A DNA stretch of 64,000 bases from Gammaproteobacteria bacterium (GCA_965277405.1 OZ255726.1:2048001-2112000), one strand, 5' to 3'. Positions 9,522 to 19,848 are shown, numbered from the stretch's first letter. The notes: a model not told the origin generated them from the letters alone. Numbers and translations: made by a program.

Positions 9522-10800
9522 ACTTTAACCGACTACAGTTTAACCACAATTCACAACAATCCGCACGACCATCTGCGAGACAACCATACTTTAACCGACT
9601 ACAGTTTAACCACAATTCACAACTCTCATTGTTCAAACGGCAGGGCATTGTTAACTTTAACCGACTACAGTTTAACCACAATTCACAACAAAGAGAGTTA
9701 ATGAATAGCTACATGGAAGACTTTAACCGACTACAGTTTAACCACAATTCACAACCGGTCACGTTGTCGTGACGGCAATGTATTTACTTTAACCGACTAC
9801 AGTTTAACCACAATTCACAACGACGAATGATGATACTCGCTACTGTACCAACTTTAACCGACTACAGTTTAACCACAATTCACAACACCTAGGACTGTTG
9901 CGATTTAGGTAATCAACTTTAACCGACTACAGTTTAACCACAATTCACAACTGGTTTCGGCACGTTAAAAAAATAGCAGACACTTTAACCGACTACAGTT
10001 TAACCACAATTCACAACCGAAAGCTACGGACGACGAAATAAGCTTGGACTTTAACCGACTACAGTTTAACCACAATTCACAACACTCCGAATGCAATCAT
10101 CAATACCGCATTTACTTTAACCGACTACAGTTTAACCACAATTCACAACAGAAATCGGCTAAATCCGACTAAATCGTCTACTTTAACCGACTACAGTTTA
10201 ACCACAATTCACAACAACAATATGAGCGTGATAATTGCGTTTCAACTTTAACCGACTACAGTTTAACCATAATTCACAACAAAAGCTAAAGGGGATATCT
10301 GCTTTGAAGGACTTTAACCGACTACAGTTTAACCACAACAATGGCTGTGTTATTGAACCTGCGGCTATACTTTAACCGACTACAGTTTAACCACAATTCA
10401 CAACAACTGACCATAGCTTGTTACGATTTAGCAAACTTTAACCGACTACAGTTTAACCACAATTCACAACAATTTGACCGCTGTCATAAACTTTAGAATA
10501 ACATTAACCGACTACAGTTTAACCACAATTCACAACAATTTAACCGCTGTCATAAACTTTAGAATAACTTTAACCAACTACAGTTTAACCACAATTCACA
10601 ACAACCGACCATAGCTTGTTACGATTTAGCAAACTTTAACCGACTACAGTTTAACCACAATTCACAACAATTTAACCGCTGTCATAAACTTTAGAATAAT
10701 TTTAACCGACTACAGTTTAACCACAATTCACAACAAATACAAGTTGCCAAACTTACTGATGCAAACTTTAACCGACTACAGTTTAACCACAATTCACAAC
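9522..10800 (-). CRISPR. CRISPR array: 20 repeats (36 nt), 19 spacers (29-30 nt)
   Basis: Repeat ACTTTAACCGACTACAGTTTAACCACAATTCACAAC on the + strand; crRNA sense is the minus strand, inferred from tracrRNA complementarity; no csn2 or cas4, hence II-C. Confidence 0.98.
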
Positions 10801-10832
10801 AGTTGTGAGAATCGTGATAAAAAGGCTGGGGT

Positions 10833-11117
10833 GTTACCCTCTTGACAAAAATGCTCTAATACAGTGAGTTGGTTGGCAATTGTTAATGGTAGATGATGGT
10901 ACGGTGCGAGCCAAAGCATGCCTGCCACGGATGCAACATAGCAAGTGAGGGCAATTACTGCAATCTGCAAGTATATTGAACACAGGGATGGAAAAAAAGC
11001 TGCGCTAACGTCGTTGCAGCACTTGATAATACCACCAAGTATTATTTGCGCACTGCGGCTAGTTATCATCAGCGTTTTTTCTCCGTCTCGCCCATCATGG
11101 ACTTAATCAGAGATTCC
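10833..11117 (-). mobile_element. IS5-type MITE copy 2 (diverged)
   Basis: Ends ...CCCATCATGGACTTAATCAGAGATTCC at 11117; inner end decayed. Confidence 0.8.
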
Positions 11118-11359
11118 TTGTAGGGTTATATTATACACTAGTCTTGACCACCCACGGGTGAGCAGATTGGTGTTATGCAGGATAAACGCGGTCAAAGTCC
11201 AGCAATCGACAGCAACACCCAAATTGACAAAACCAAGCCCTAAAATTAGAAATATCAGCCATTTAGTGGCAATTTATCATTCACTAGCTAGTATTGACCC
11301 TGACGATATGACTTTTTTTTATGTCATTCTTATACGTTAAAGCGATTGTCGGGGGGTCA

Positions 11360-12829
11360 ATGCGTCGCACTATATGTTTCGTCCATAAGGGGCAGATAAG
11401 AGAGTTGGTACCGAGAGAACCAACACAAACTGTCCTGAATTTTCTGCGGTATGAAGACGCCTTGACTGGTACGAAGGAAGGCTGCGCTGAAGGAGATTGT
11501 GGTGCATGCACCGTTGTCCTTGGCGACCTTGAGCTAGACGGCTCAATTCGCTATCTGGCCGTCAATTCCTGCATTCAGTTTTTACCAATGCTGGATGGTC
11601 GAGAGTTGATTACCGCAGAAGACCTGAAATTAGCAGACGGCTCTTTGCATCCAATCCAACAAGCAATGGTTGACCACAACGCCACCCAATGCGGCTTCTG
11701 CACCCCAGGATTTGTCATGTCTCTGTTTGCTGAAAAGCACGGCAGCAATTCTGCTGATACTTGGGACGTCAATAATGTACTTGCGGGGAATCTGTGCCGC
11801 TGTACTGGGTATGGGACCATTATTGCGGCTGCAAAGAGCGCAGCTGCAAGCCACGCTGACGATCAATTTGATGGGACAATGGAGACCAGAGCCGGCATGC
11901 TGAAATCTCTTCAGCAAAATCCCCCCCTTGCTCTGCAGGCAAAAGGTAACCGCTATTTCGCTCCCACATCAATAGCTGAGCTTGCCGATTTGCTGGCAAC
12001 CTATCCGCAGGCCATCCTCCTTGCTGGTGCGACGGATATCGGGCTGTGGGTGACTAAGCAGCATCGTCAACTCGATACACTCATTTATCTCGGGCGGATA
12101 CAAACACTCAAAGCAATGGTACTGGATGAAAACTCGATCTCGATTGGCGCGGGCGTCACGTATGCAGAAGCTTGGAAAACACTGGGGTCAGAGTATGCGG
12201 ATCTGCATGAACTAATCCGCCGCATTGGCTCTACACAGATCCGCAATTCCGCAACCATTTGCGGTAATATTGCCAACGGATCGCCGATCGGAGATATGCC
12301 GCCAGCGCTGATCGCGCTTGACGCCACGGTGACCCTAACGAGCAAACGAGGTAGTCGTAGCATCGCGCTTGAAAAATTCTTCATCGGCTATAATACGCAA
12401 GATTTGCAGCCGGGGGAGTTTGTAGAAAAAGTATCTATACCAAGACCATCGGCTACTAAGCAGTTCAGGGCCTACAAAATATCTAAAAGGTTTGACCAGG
12501 ATATTTCAGCTTTGTGTGCCGCTTTTAATCTCACATTGGCAGGGATAACGGTCAAAGACATCCGCATATGTTATGGGGGCATGGCTGGTACGCCCTTGCG
12601 CGCTCAACAAACCGAAGCTGCCGTCATCGGCAAAGACTGGGTGCGCGCAACCATTGATACGGCCTTGCAGGCTATGAGCAAAGATTATCAACCGCTCAGC
12701 GATATGCGGGCGAGTGATCGGTACCGGATGGCGGTGGCACAAAATCTGTTGTTGAAATTTTTTATTGAGACAACAGATCGGCACACGGCAACCCGTCTGC
12801 TCGGCGATATGGAGCGCGCCCATGCGTAA
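11360..12829 (+). CDS. xdhA: Xanthine dehydrogenase small (Fe-S/FAD) subunit
   Basis: GTKEGCAEGDCGAC, QCGFCTPG, GNLCRCTGY, KISKRFDQDIS. Confidence 0.95.
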   Translation: MRRTICFVHKGQIRELVPREPTQTVLNFLRYEDALTGTKEGCAEGDCGACTVVLGDLELDGSIRYLAVNSCIQFLPMLDGRELITAEDLKLADGSLHPIQQAMVDHNATQCGFCTPGFVMSLFAEKHGSNSADTWDVNNVLAGNLCRCTGYGTIIAAAKSAAASHADDQFDGTMETRAGMLKSLQQNPPLALQAKGNRYFAPTSIAELADLLATYPQAILLAGATDIGLWVTKQHRQLDTLIYLGRIQTLKAMVLDENSISIGAGVTYAEAWKTLGSEYADLHELIRRIGSTQIRNSATICGNIANGSPIGDMPPALIALDATVTLTSKRGSRSIALEKFFIGYNTQDLQPGEFVEKVSIPRPSATKQFRAYKISKRFDQDISALCAAFNLTLAGITVKDIRICYGGMAGTPLRAQQTEAAVIGKDWVRATIDTALQAMSKDYQPLSDMRASDRYRMAVAQNLLLKFFIETTDRHTATRLLGDMERAHA

Positions 12830-15173
12830 TTCTGTTCCTAGCAAAACCGAAATTCGCGGTAAGATTGGCAGGCAGCTGATGCACGACAGCGCTGTCAAGC
12901 AGGTTGCAGGCGCAGCGCACTATATTGATGATGTTGCGGAACCTAAGGATCTGCTGCATCTGTATGTCGCCAAGAGCACGATGGCCCACGCAACAATCAG
13001 TAAACTCGACGTGTCGCAAGCCAGCGCTGCCGCAGGTGTCGCCGTTGTCTTGACTGCAGCAGATGTGCCTGGCGTCAACGATGCCTCTCCCGTGGCAGGG
13101 GACGACCCAGTTTTTGTAGAAGACCTAGTTGAATATGTCGGACAGTCGTTGTTTGTCGTTGCCGCCGATAGCCTGGAGCAGGCGCGAGCGGCCGCGGCTC
13201 TTGCTGTTGTGGAATATGAACAACTCCCTACTGTGCTGACAGTTGAGCAAGCACTCGCAGCGGGTTCGTTCGTGCTGCCAAGCCGTCACCTTGTCAAGGG
13301 AGACCCTGCATCAGCCCTCAAAACGGCCGTAAATAGATTGCAAGGTCGCGTTGAAATTGGTGGTCAGGACCATTTTTATCTTGAAGGTCATATCTCCGTG
13401 GCAACCCCGCGCGAGGATGGGGATGTCCACGTTCATTGTTCGACGCAACACCCGACTGAAGTTCAGCATAATGTCGCAAAGTTTCTTGATGTGGCGGACC
13501 ATTCGGTCTGCGTTGAAAACAGGCGAATGGGCGGTGGGTTTGGCGGCAAGGAAACACAAGGGGCGTGGTTTGCCGCGATGGCAGCATTAGTGGCAACAAC
13601 AACCGGGCGCCCAGCAAAACTAAGGGTGGACCGGGATGATGATATGATTATGACTGGGAAACGCCATGACTTTGTGATCGAGTATGATGTCGGGTTTGAC
13701 GATGACGGCAAGATTGACGGCGTGGAATTTATGTTTGCATCGCGCTGCGGCCGCTCTGCGGACCTATCTGCTGCGATCAACGACCGAGCCATCTTCCATG
13801 CGGATAACTGCTATTTTATGGAAAATATCTCGATTATTTCGCACCGTTGCAAGACCCATACGGTCTCCAATACCGCCTTCAGGGGTTTTGGCGGCCCGCA
13901 GGGGATGATCGGCGTTGAACGGATGATTGACGAGATTGCACACGCGCTTGGCAAAGATCCTCTCGACATCCGCAAAATCAACCTATACGGCAAAACGGAG
14001 CGCAATGTCACTCCGTATCATATGGAGATTAAAGATAATATTATAGCGGAAATTATCGCCGATCTTGAGAAAAAATCAGCCTATGCGGCGCGCGTCAAGG
14101 CTGTCCGTGAGTTTAATGCCAGCAGCGCGTATCTGAAAAAGGGCATTGCGTTGACACCTGTCAAATTCGGTATATCTTTTACCACGACATTCCTCAACCA
14201 AGCTGGCGCACTCATTCATGTTTACACTGATGGCAGCGTCATGCTCAACCATGGCGGCACCGAGATGGGTCAGGGTCTGTTCATCAAGGTGGCCCAGGTT
14301 GTTGCCGAAGAATTGCAGATTGATATCGAGAGGGTAAAAATCACAGCAACGACAACCGACAAGGTGCCAAACACGTCAGCAACAGCCGCGTCCTCTGGAT
14401 CTGATATGAACGGCAAGGCGGCACAAATCGCCGCCAGAACAATTAAAGACCGATTAACCAAGTTTGCAGCAGAGCATTATCAGGTTGCTGCAAACGCTAT
14501 TCGCTTTCTGCCCAATCGCATCCAAATTGGCAATAAGGTTGTTACATTTGCCGCACTGGTCGAGCAAGCCTACCTAAACCGAATTTCTCTTTCCGCGACT
14601 GGATATTATAAAACACCGAAAATCCACTATGACGCGGAAAACTATTCTGGACGCCCGTTTTACTATTTCGCATACGGAGCCGCTGTCGCGGAAGCCATGA
14701 TTGATACGTTGACTGGTGAGAGCAAAATCATGCGGGTTGATATCATCCATGATACTGGCAAAAGCCTTAATCCAAGCATTGATCTTGGTCAGATTGAAGG
14801 GGGCTTCATCCAGGGAATGGGATGGCTGACAACCGAGGAACTGGTGTTTGACGAGCGGGGTAACCTGATGACGCATGCCCCGTCTACATATAAGATCCCA
14901 ACGTGCAGCGACCGTCCCGCTATTTTCAATATGGAAATCTATGCTGGTGGCGAGAATGTGGAAAACAGCATTCACAAGTCAAAAGCAGTTGGCGAACCGC
15001 CGTTAATGCTGGCGATTTCTGTCTTTAATGCGCTAACCGACGCCGTCAGAAGCGTTGCTGACTACCGCGAATTTCCTGCACTGGATGCCGCTGCGACACC
15101 AGAGCGAATTCTGCACGCCGTGCAGGATTTGCAGGAAAGGATGCGCAATAGCCAAAGGACTCCACCCGCATGA
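12822..15173 (+). CDS. xdhB: Xanthine dehydrogenase molybdopterin subunit
   Basis: GGQDHFYLE, RMGGGFGGKE, AFRGFGGPQG, SKAVGEPP. Confidence 0.96.
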   Translation: MRNSVPSKTEIRGKIGRQLMHDSAVKQVAGAAHYIDDVAEPKDLLHLYVAKSTMAHATISKLDVSQASAAAGVAVVLTAADVPGVNDASPVAGDDPVFVEDLVEYVGQSLFVVAADSLEQARAAAALAVVEYEQLPTVLTVEQALAAGSFVLPSRHLVKGDPASALKTAVNRLQGRVEIGGQDHFYLEGHISVATPREDGDVHVHCSTQHPTEVQHNVAKFLDVADHSVCVENRRMGGGFGGKETQGAWFAAMAALVATTTGRPAKLRVDRDDDMIMTGKRHDFVIEYDVGFDDDGKIDGVEFMFASRCGRSADLSAAINDRAIFHADNCYFMENISIISHRCKTHTVSNTAFRGFGGPQGMIGVERMIDEIAHALGKDPLDIRKINLYGKTERNVTPYHMEIKDNIIAEIIADLEKKSAYAARVKAVREFNASSAYLKKGIALTPVKFGISFTTTFLNQAGALIHVYTDGSVMLNHGGTEMGQGLFIKVAQVVAEELQIDIERVKITATTTDKVPNTSATAASSGSDMNGKAAQIAARTIKDRLTKFAAEHYQVAANAIRFLPNRIQIGNKVVTFAALVEQAYLNRISLSATGYYKTPKIHYDAENYSGRPFYYFAYGAAVAEAMIDTLTGESKIMRVDIIHDTGKSLNPSIDLGQIEGGFIQGMGWLTTEELVFDERGNLMTHAPSTYKIPTCSDRPAIFNMEIYAGGENVENSIHKSKAVGEPPLMLAISVFNALTDAVRSVADYREFPALDAAATPERILHAVQDLQERMRNSQRTPPA

Positions 15174-16270
15174 CGGATTGGGCAGATATCCTCAGCAAAC
15201 ACATGGAAAACGGCTGCCACTCCATCTTGTTGACGATTGCCGCCGTCCGCGGTTCTACCCCACGGGAAACTGGGACGCGGATGTTGGTCACGATGCAGCA
15301 GACGTTCGGAACAATCGGCGGCGGAATGCTCGAATATCGGGCAATTCAACACGCAACTGGGCTGTTGCAGTCTGCTACGACTACCCCAGCAATTTTAAAA
15401 ATCCTGCTCGGTCCAGAGCAGGGGCAATGTTGCGGTGGGCTGGTTGAACTGCTCGTCGCGCCTCTTGGTCAGCAAGATCTTGTGTGGATGAAAAATATTG
15501 TGGCGGCGAACAAACACTCACGGTGTGCTGTTCTGCATACCCGCTGGCAGGGCGGACAGATCCAGCGCCAGGTATTCTGTAACCTTGATGACATTCCTGC
15601 CAATGAAAATTTGCTCAGACAACTATCGAGGATGGTTAGCAGCGATGGCACACCCCTTGTTGCAACCACCCCTGCGGGCGCAGATTTTACAGTTATAGAA
15701 GCCTTGAGCACTAACAAATTTCACCTTGTGCTGTTTGGTGCAGGTCATGTCGGCAAAGCCATCGTCCAGACTCTGGCAGGCTATCCCTGCTCGATCGCAT
15801 GGGTCGATGAGCGCGCCGATATGTTCCCAGCAACCCTCCCTGCGATTGTAGAAAAATGGGTTACACCCTATCCTGCACGGTTGGTTGGTGAAACCCCACC
15901 AAATAGTTATTTCCTCGTGATGACCCATAGCCATCAACTGGATATGGAGATATGTGCGGCCATATTGAAGCGCGGTGCTTTTGGATATCTTGGGTTGATT
16001 GGCTCGAAAACGAAGCGGAATAAATTTGTAAAACGGTTAAAATTCAGAGGGTTTTCTTCAACGCGTATCAGTAAACTCGTTTGCCCAATCGGGGTTGCTG
16101 CCATCAGCGGCAAGCATCCAAATGAAATTGCCATCAGTGTCGCAGCGCAGTTGCTGCAGCACCAGGAAATGCGTCAGTTGGCATCGAGAGATCTCGCAGT
16201 GTTTACCAGAGTTGAGGAAAAACGTAAGAAACTGACTCAGGTTACTGCAAAGTTTGAGACTAGTTTATAG
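15170..16270 (+). CDS. xdhC: Xanthine dehydrogenase accessory protein
   Basis: GSTPRETG, GTIGGG, LFGAGHVG, MTHSH, GLIGSKTK. Confidence 0.92.
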   Translation: MTDWADILSKHMENGCHSILLTIAAVRGSTPRETGTRMLVTMQQTFGTIGGGMLEYRAIQHATGLLQSATTTPAILKILLGPEQGQCCGGLVELLVAPLGQQDLVWMKNIVAANKHSRCAVLHTRWQGGQIQRQVFCNLDDIPANENLLRQLSRMVSSDGTPLVATTPAGADFTVIEALSTNKFHLVLFGAGHVGKAIVQTLAGYPCSIAWVDERADMFPATLPAIVEKWVTPYPARLVGETPPNSYFLVMTHSHQLDMEICAAILKRGAFGYLGLIGSKTKRNKFVKRLKFRGFSSTRISKLVCPIGVAAISGKHPNEIAISVAAQLLQHQEMRQLASRDLAVFTRVEEKRKKLTQVTAKFETSL

Positions 16271-16312
16271 GAGCATAGCTAATTCTGGATTAAACAACAG
16301 AGAGACCGATAT

Positions 16313-17857
16313 ATGGAGACACAAGTTGCGCCGACACCCCGCCTAGAACTGAAGGGTATTACCAAAGCCTATCCTGGCGTGTTGGCTAATGATAGCATCG
16401 ACCTGAAAATTTTCCCTGGAGAAATCCATGCTCTTTTTGGCGAAAATGGAGCCGGAAAAAGTACGCTCGTCAAAATCATATATGGGGTTTTGCAAGCCGA
16501 TTCTGGCATAATGGAATGGGATGGTAGGCCATTGCAAATTGCCAATCCCCACGCTGCGAGGAAAATCGGCATTGGTATGATTTTTCAGCATTTCTCACTC
16601 TTTGAGGCAATGACTGTTGTCGAGAATATCACGCTGGGGCTGCCATACCGCGAGAATATGGCTGAACTCGCGCAACGCATCCGCGAAATTTCAGAAAATT
16701 ACGGTCTCCTCCTCAACCCGTACCGATATGTCCATACGCTCTCTGTAGGCGAAAAACAGCGGATAGAAATTGTCCGTTGTCTGCTGCAAAACCCTAAATT
16801 GCTCATCATGGATGAGCCAACATCAGTTCTCACGCCGCTAGAAGCTGACAAGATGTTTACAACGCTACGCTGTCTGGCAACTGAAGGGGTTGCCATACTC
16901 TATATCAGCCATAAACTTTACGAAATACAGACCCTTTGCCATAAGGCAACAATCCTGCGGGGCGGCAAGTACATTGCAGAATGTGACCCAAGCGTAGAGA
17001 CCGCTAAAAACCTCGCCGAGATGATGACTGGCACCAACTTTACTGCAGCAAAGCACAGCGATAATAGCACGCGTGATCTGGTCTGCCTCAAGGTCAACAA
17101 CCTCTCTTTGGATAGTACTGGTCAGTTTGGCACCGACCTCAATTTGATCAATTTCGAAGTAAGAAGCGGAGAAATTTTCGGAATTGCCGGGGTTGCTGGC
17201 AATGGGCAAGTTGAGCTGCTAGCAGCACTTAGCGGCGAAGTAACGTGCAAAAATGCGCACGACATTCTGCTTGAACAACAACCGATTGCCCATACAGGTC
17301 CCAATCAACGCAGGGAACTTGGTGTTGCATTTGTCCCCGAAGATCGGTTGGAGCATGGGTCTGTGGCTGACATGAGTTTGGTGGATAACGCCTTCCTCAG
17401 CGCCTATGGGCAGAAAAAACTTGTATGCATTGGTTGGATTAAAAGGCGCAAGACGATGAAATATGCAGATGAGATTGTCGCCAAGTTCGATGTACGAACC
17501 ACAGGGATTACCCACATGGCCAGCAGCCTGTCAGGCGGAAATCTGCAAAAATTTATCGTCGGCCGCGAAATGCTGAAAAAACCGAAATTGATCATTATTG
17601 CGCATCCTACGTGGGGGGTTGATGCATGTGCCGCCGCGGCTATCCAGCAGGCAATAATCGACCTCGCCGCAACAGGTACAGCTGTTTTGGTGGTTAGTCA
17701 GGACCTAGACGAACTATTTGCCATCAGTCATCGCATCGCGGTCATAGCAGCGGGCCGACTGTCCATCAGCCGCGCTGTTGATGAAATAGCAGTCGAGGAT
17801 ATCGGCGAGTTGATGGGCGGCGCCGCGGCAAAAATGGAATGTAACAATGTTGCTTAA
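16313..17857 (+). CDS. Purine/nucleoside ABC transporter ATP-binding protein
   Basis: GENGAGKST, two ABC domains, LSGGNLQK. Confidence 0.9.
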   Translation: METQVAPTPRLELKGITKAYPGVLANDSIDLKIFPGEIHALFGENGAGKSTLVKIIYGVLQADSGIMEWDGRPLQIANPHAARKIGIGMIFQHFSLFEAMTVVENITLGLPYRENMAELAQRIREISENYGLLLNPYRYVHTLSVGEKQRIEIVRCLLQNPKLLIMDEPTSVLTPLEADKMFTTLRCLATEGVAILYISHKLYEIQTLCHKATILRGGKYIAECDPSVETAKNLAEMMTGTNFTAAKHSDNSTRDLVCLKVNNLSLDSTGQFGTDLNLINFEVRSGEIFGIAGVAGNGQVELLAALSGEVTCKNAHDILLEQQPIAHTGPNQRRELGVAFVPEDRLEHGSVADMSLVDNAFLSAYGQKKLVCIGWIKRRKTMKYADEIVAKFDVRTTGITHMASSLSGGNLQKFIVGREMLKKPKLIIIAHPTWGVDACAAAAIQQAIIDLAATGTAVLVVSQDLDELFAISHRIAVIAAGRLSISRAVDEIAVEDIGELMGGAAAKMECNNVA

Positions 17858-18926
17858 GATCGAAAAACGCCTTGAGCCTTCGCGGTCAATGGTGTATGTA
17901 ACTCCAGTTCTTGCCATATTTTTCACTATTGTCACGGCGATGGTGCTCTTCACGTTTATGGGAGTCGACCCTATTGATGCTCTCATAAATTTTTTTATTG
18001 TCCCGATCAACAACGAGTATGGTGTCACCGAGGTTCTCGTTAAAGCAACACCGCTAATCCTTTGTGCCATCGGTCTTTCTGTGGGATTTCGGGCGAATAT
18101 CTGGAATATTGGTGCAGAAGGGCAGCTAACGCTCGGTGCTATTTTTGGCGGGGGTGTTTTTGTCTATTTTTACGATGTTGACAGCGGGTTTCTGCTGGTG
18201 GTCATGATTATCATGGGTGCCGTCGGCGGTGCACTCTGGGCTGCCATTCCGGCTTTCCTTAAAACCCGGTTCAATGCCAATGAAATCCTCACCAGTCTGA
18301 TGCTGGTGTATGTTGCTCTGCTGATCTTGAGTTTTCTGGTCCACGGACCGTGGAGCGATCCAGACGGGTATAATTACCCTGAATCAAGAATGTTCAGCGC
18401 CAGCGCGACCATGCCGATTCTGTGGCAGGGAACGCGCTTGCATCTGGGAACGATCCTAGCATTATTCGCCGTCTTCACCACTTGGATAATGCTGGCGAAA
18501 ACGCTGATTGGTTTTCAGATCAAAGTCATCGGCTCAAGCGCAAAAGCATGTAAGTATGCTGGTTTCAGCCAAAAAAAAATTACTTGGTTCTGCCTGCTTT
18601 TTGGTGGAGGTATGGCTGGAATCGCGGGGATTTCCGAAGTCGCAGGTCCAGTTGGTCAACTGGTGCCCATCATCTCCCCAGGGTATGGATTTACAGCCAT
18701 TATTGTTGCATTTCTCGGGCGGCTTCACCCAGTCGGTATTATTTTCGCTGGGCTACTAATGGCGCTGACCTATCTTGGCGGTGAAACGGCGCAGCTCAAT
18801 CTAGGACTGCCAACTGCCGTGACTGGTGTCTTTCAGGGAATGGTTCTCTTCTACCTGCTGGGCTGCGATGTGTTGGTCAATTACCGTTTTCGTCCGCTTG
18901 GTTTTGCACGGGCTGTTCATGAGTGA
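17847..18926 (+). CDS. Purine/nucleoside ABC permease
   Basis: WNIGAEGQ, ANEILTSLM, multiple TM segments. Confidence 0.9.
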   Translation: MLLKIEKRLEPSRSMVYVTPVLAIFFTIVTAMVLFTFMGVDPIDALINFFIVPINNEYGVTEVLVKATPLILCAIGLSVGFRANIWNIGAEGQLTLGAIFGGGVFVYFYDVDSGFLLVVMIIMGAVGGALWAAIPAFLKTRFNANEILTSLMLVYVALLILSFLVHGPWSDPDGYNYPESRMFSASATMPILWQGTRLHLGTILALFAVFTTWIMLAKTLIGFQIKVIGSSAKACKYAGFSQKKITWFCLLFGGGMAGIAGISEVAGPVGQLVPIISPGYGFTAIIVAFLGRLHPVGIIFAGLLMALTYLGGETAQLNLGLPTAVTGVFQGMVLFYLLGCDVLVNYRFRPLGFARAVHE

Positions 18927-19848
18927 TTTTAGCTTGTTAGTCCCAGTAATTCTAACTGTTATCACCGCGGCAACACCGCTGGTTTTGGCCAGCATTGGCG
19001 AATTGGTGACAGAAAAATCTGGCGTTCTTAACCTAGGCATAGAAGGCATGATGATTGTCGGAGCTGTAGCCGCATTTGTGACTGCAAAAGTGACCAGCAG
19101 CTATATTCTTGCTGTCCTTGTCGCCGCGCTGGCGGGTACTTGCATGGCGTTTATATTTGGTATCCTCACCCTTTCCTTGATGGCTAATCAGGTAGTAACT
19201 GGGCTGGCGCTGACGTTGTTCGGGACAGGTCTATCCTCGCTGGTTGGGCAGGACTTTGTCGGGGAGCCAATCGCTGCGATTGTCAAACTCGATATCAATG
19301 GCTTAACGACTCTGCCGATTGTCGGCCCCATCCTGTTTGGTCAGGATGCCTTGGTGTATTTGTCATTTGTGATGGTGGTGCTGGTTATCTGGTTCCTTAA
19401 TACAACCAAAGCAGGCCTGATTCTTCGCGCTGTGGGTGATTCGCATGATGCTGCACATTTAATCGGATATTCGGTTATCGGCATCCGTTATCTTGCCGTT
19501 ATGTTTGGTGGGGCCATGGCTGGAATTGGCGGCGCCTACCTCTCCTTGGCCTATACCCCGATGTGGGCGGAAAACATGACAGCAGGTCGCGGTTGGATTG
19601 CTCTCGCCTTGATTGTCTTTGCAACTTGGAAACCTGGGTTGGTGCTGTTCGGTGCTTATATGTTTGGTGGTATTACCCTGTTGCAATTGCATGCGCAGGC
19701 CGCAGGATTTGGCTTGCCGTCGCAAATGTTATCGATGTTGCCTTATCTGGCGACAGTGATTATCCTAGTTTTGATTTCTAAGGACGAGTCACGTATCCGC
19801 AGACACGCTCCAGCTTGTATTGGGAAGATATTTCACCCTGCAGCGTAA
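18919..19848 (+). CDS. Purine/nucleoside ABC permease
   Basis: EKSGVLNLGIEG, AGRGWIALA. Confidence 0.9.
   Translation: MSDFSLLVPVILTVITAATPLVLASIGELVTEKSGVLNLGIEGMMIVGAVAAFVTAKVTSSYILAVLVAALAGTCMAFIFGILTLSLMANQVVTGLALTLFGTGLSSLVGQDFVGEPIAAIVKLDINGLTTLPIVGPILFGQDALVYLSFVMVVLVIWFLNTTKAGLILRAVGDSHDAAHLIGYSVIGIRYLAVMFGGAMAGIGGAYLSLAYTPMWAENMTAGRGWIALALIVFATWKPGLVLFGAYMFGGITLLQLHAQAAGFGLPSQMLSMLPYLATVIILVLISKDESRIRRHAPACIGKIFHPAA

Noticed and set aside
9451-9772. ORFs with repeated FNRLQFNHNSQ / WLNCSRLK peptides
   Set aside because: Translations of the CRISPR repeats
10471-10500. CTGTCATAAAC in spacer B resembling a Pho box
   Set aside because: Only one half-site, and no extended match to the phn promoter sites
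9558-10764. Perfect self-targeting spacers within the window
   Set aside because: None noticed by eye; an exhaustive search could not be run
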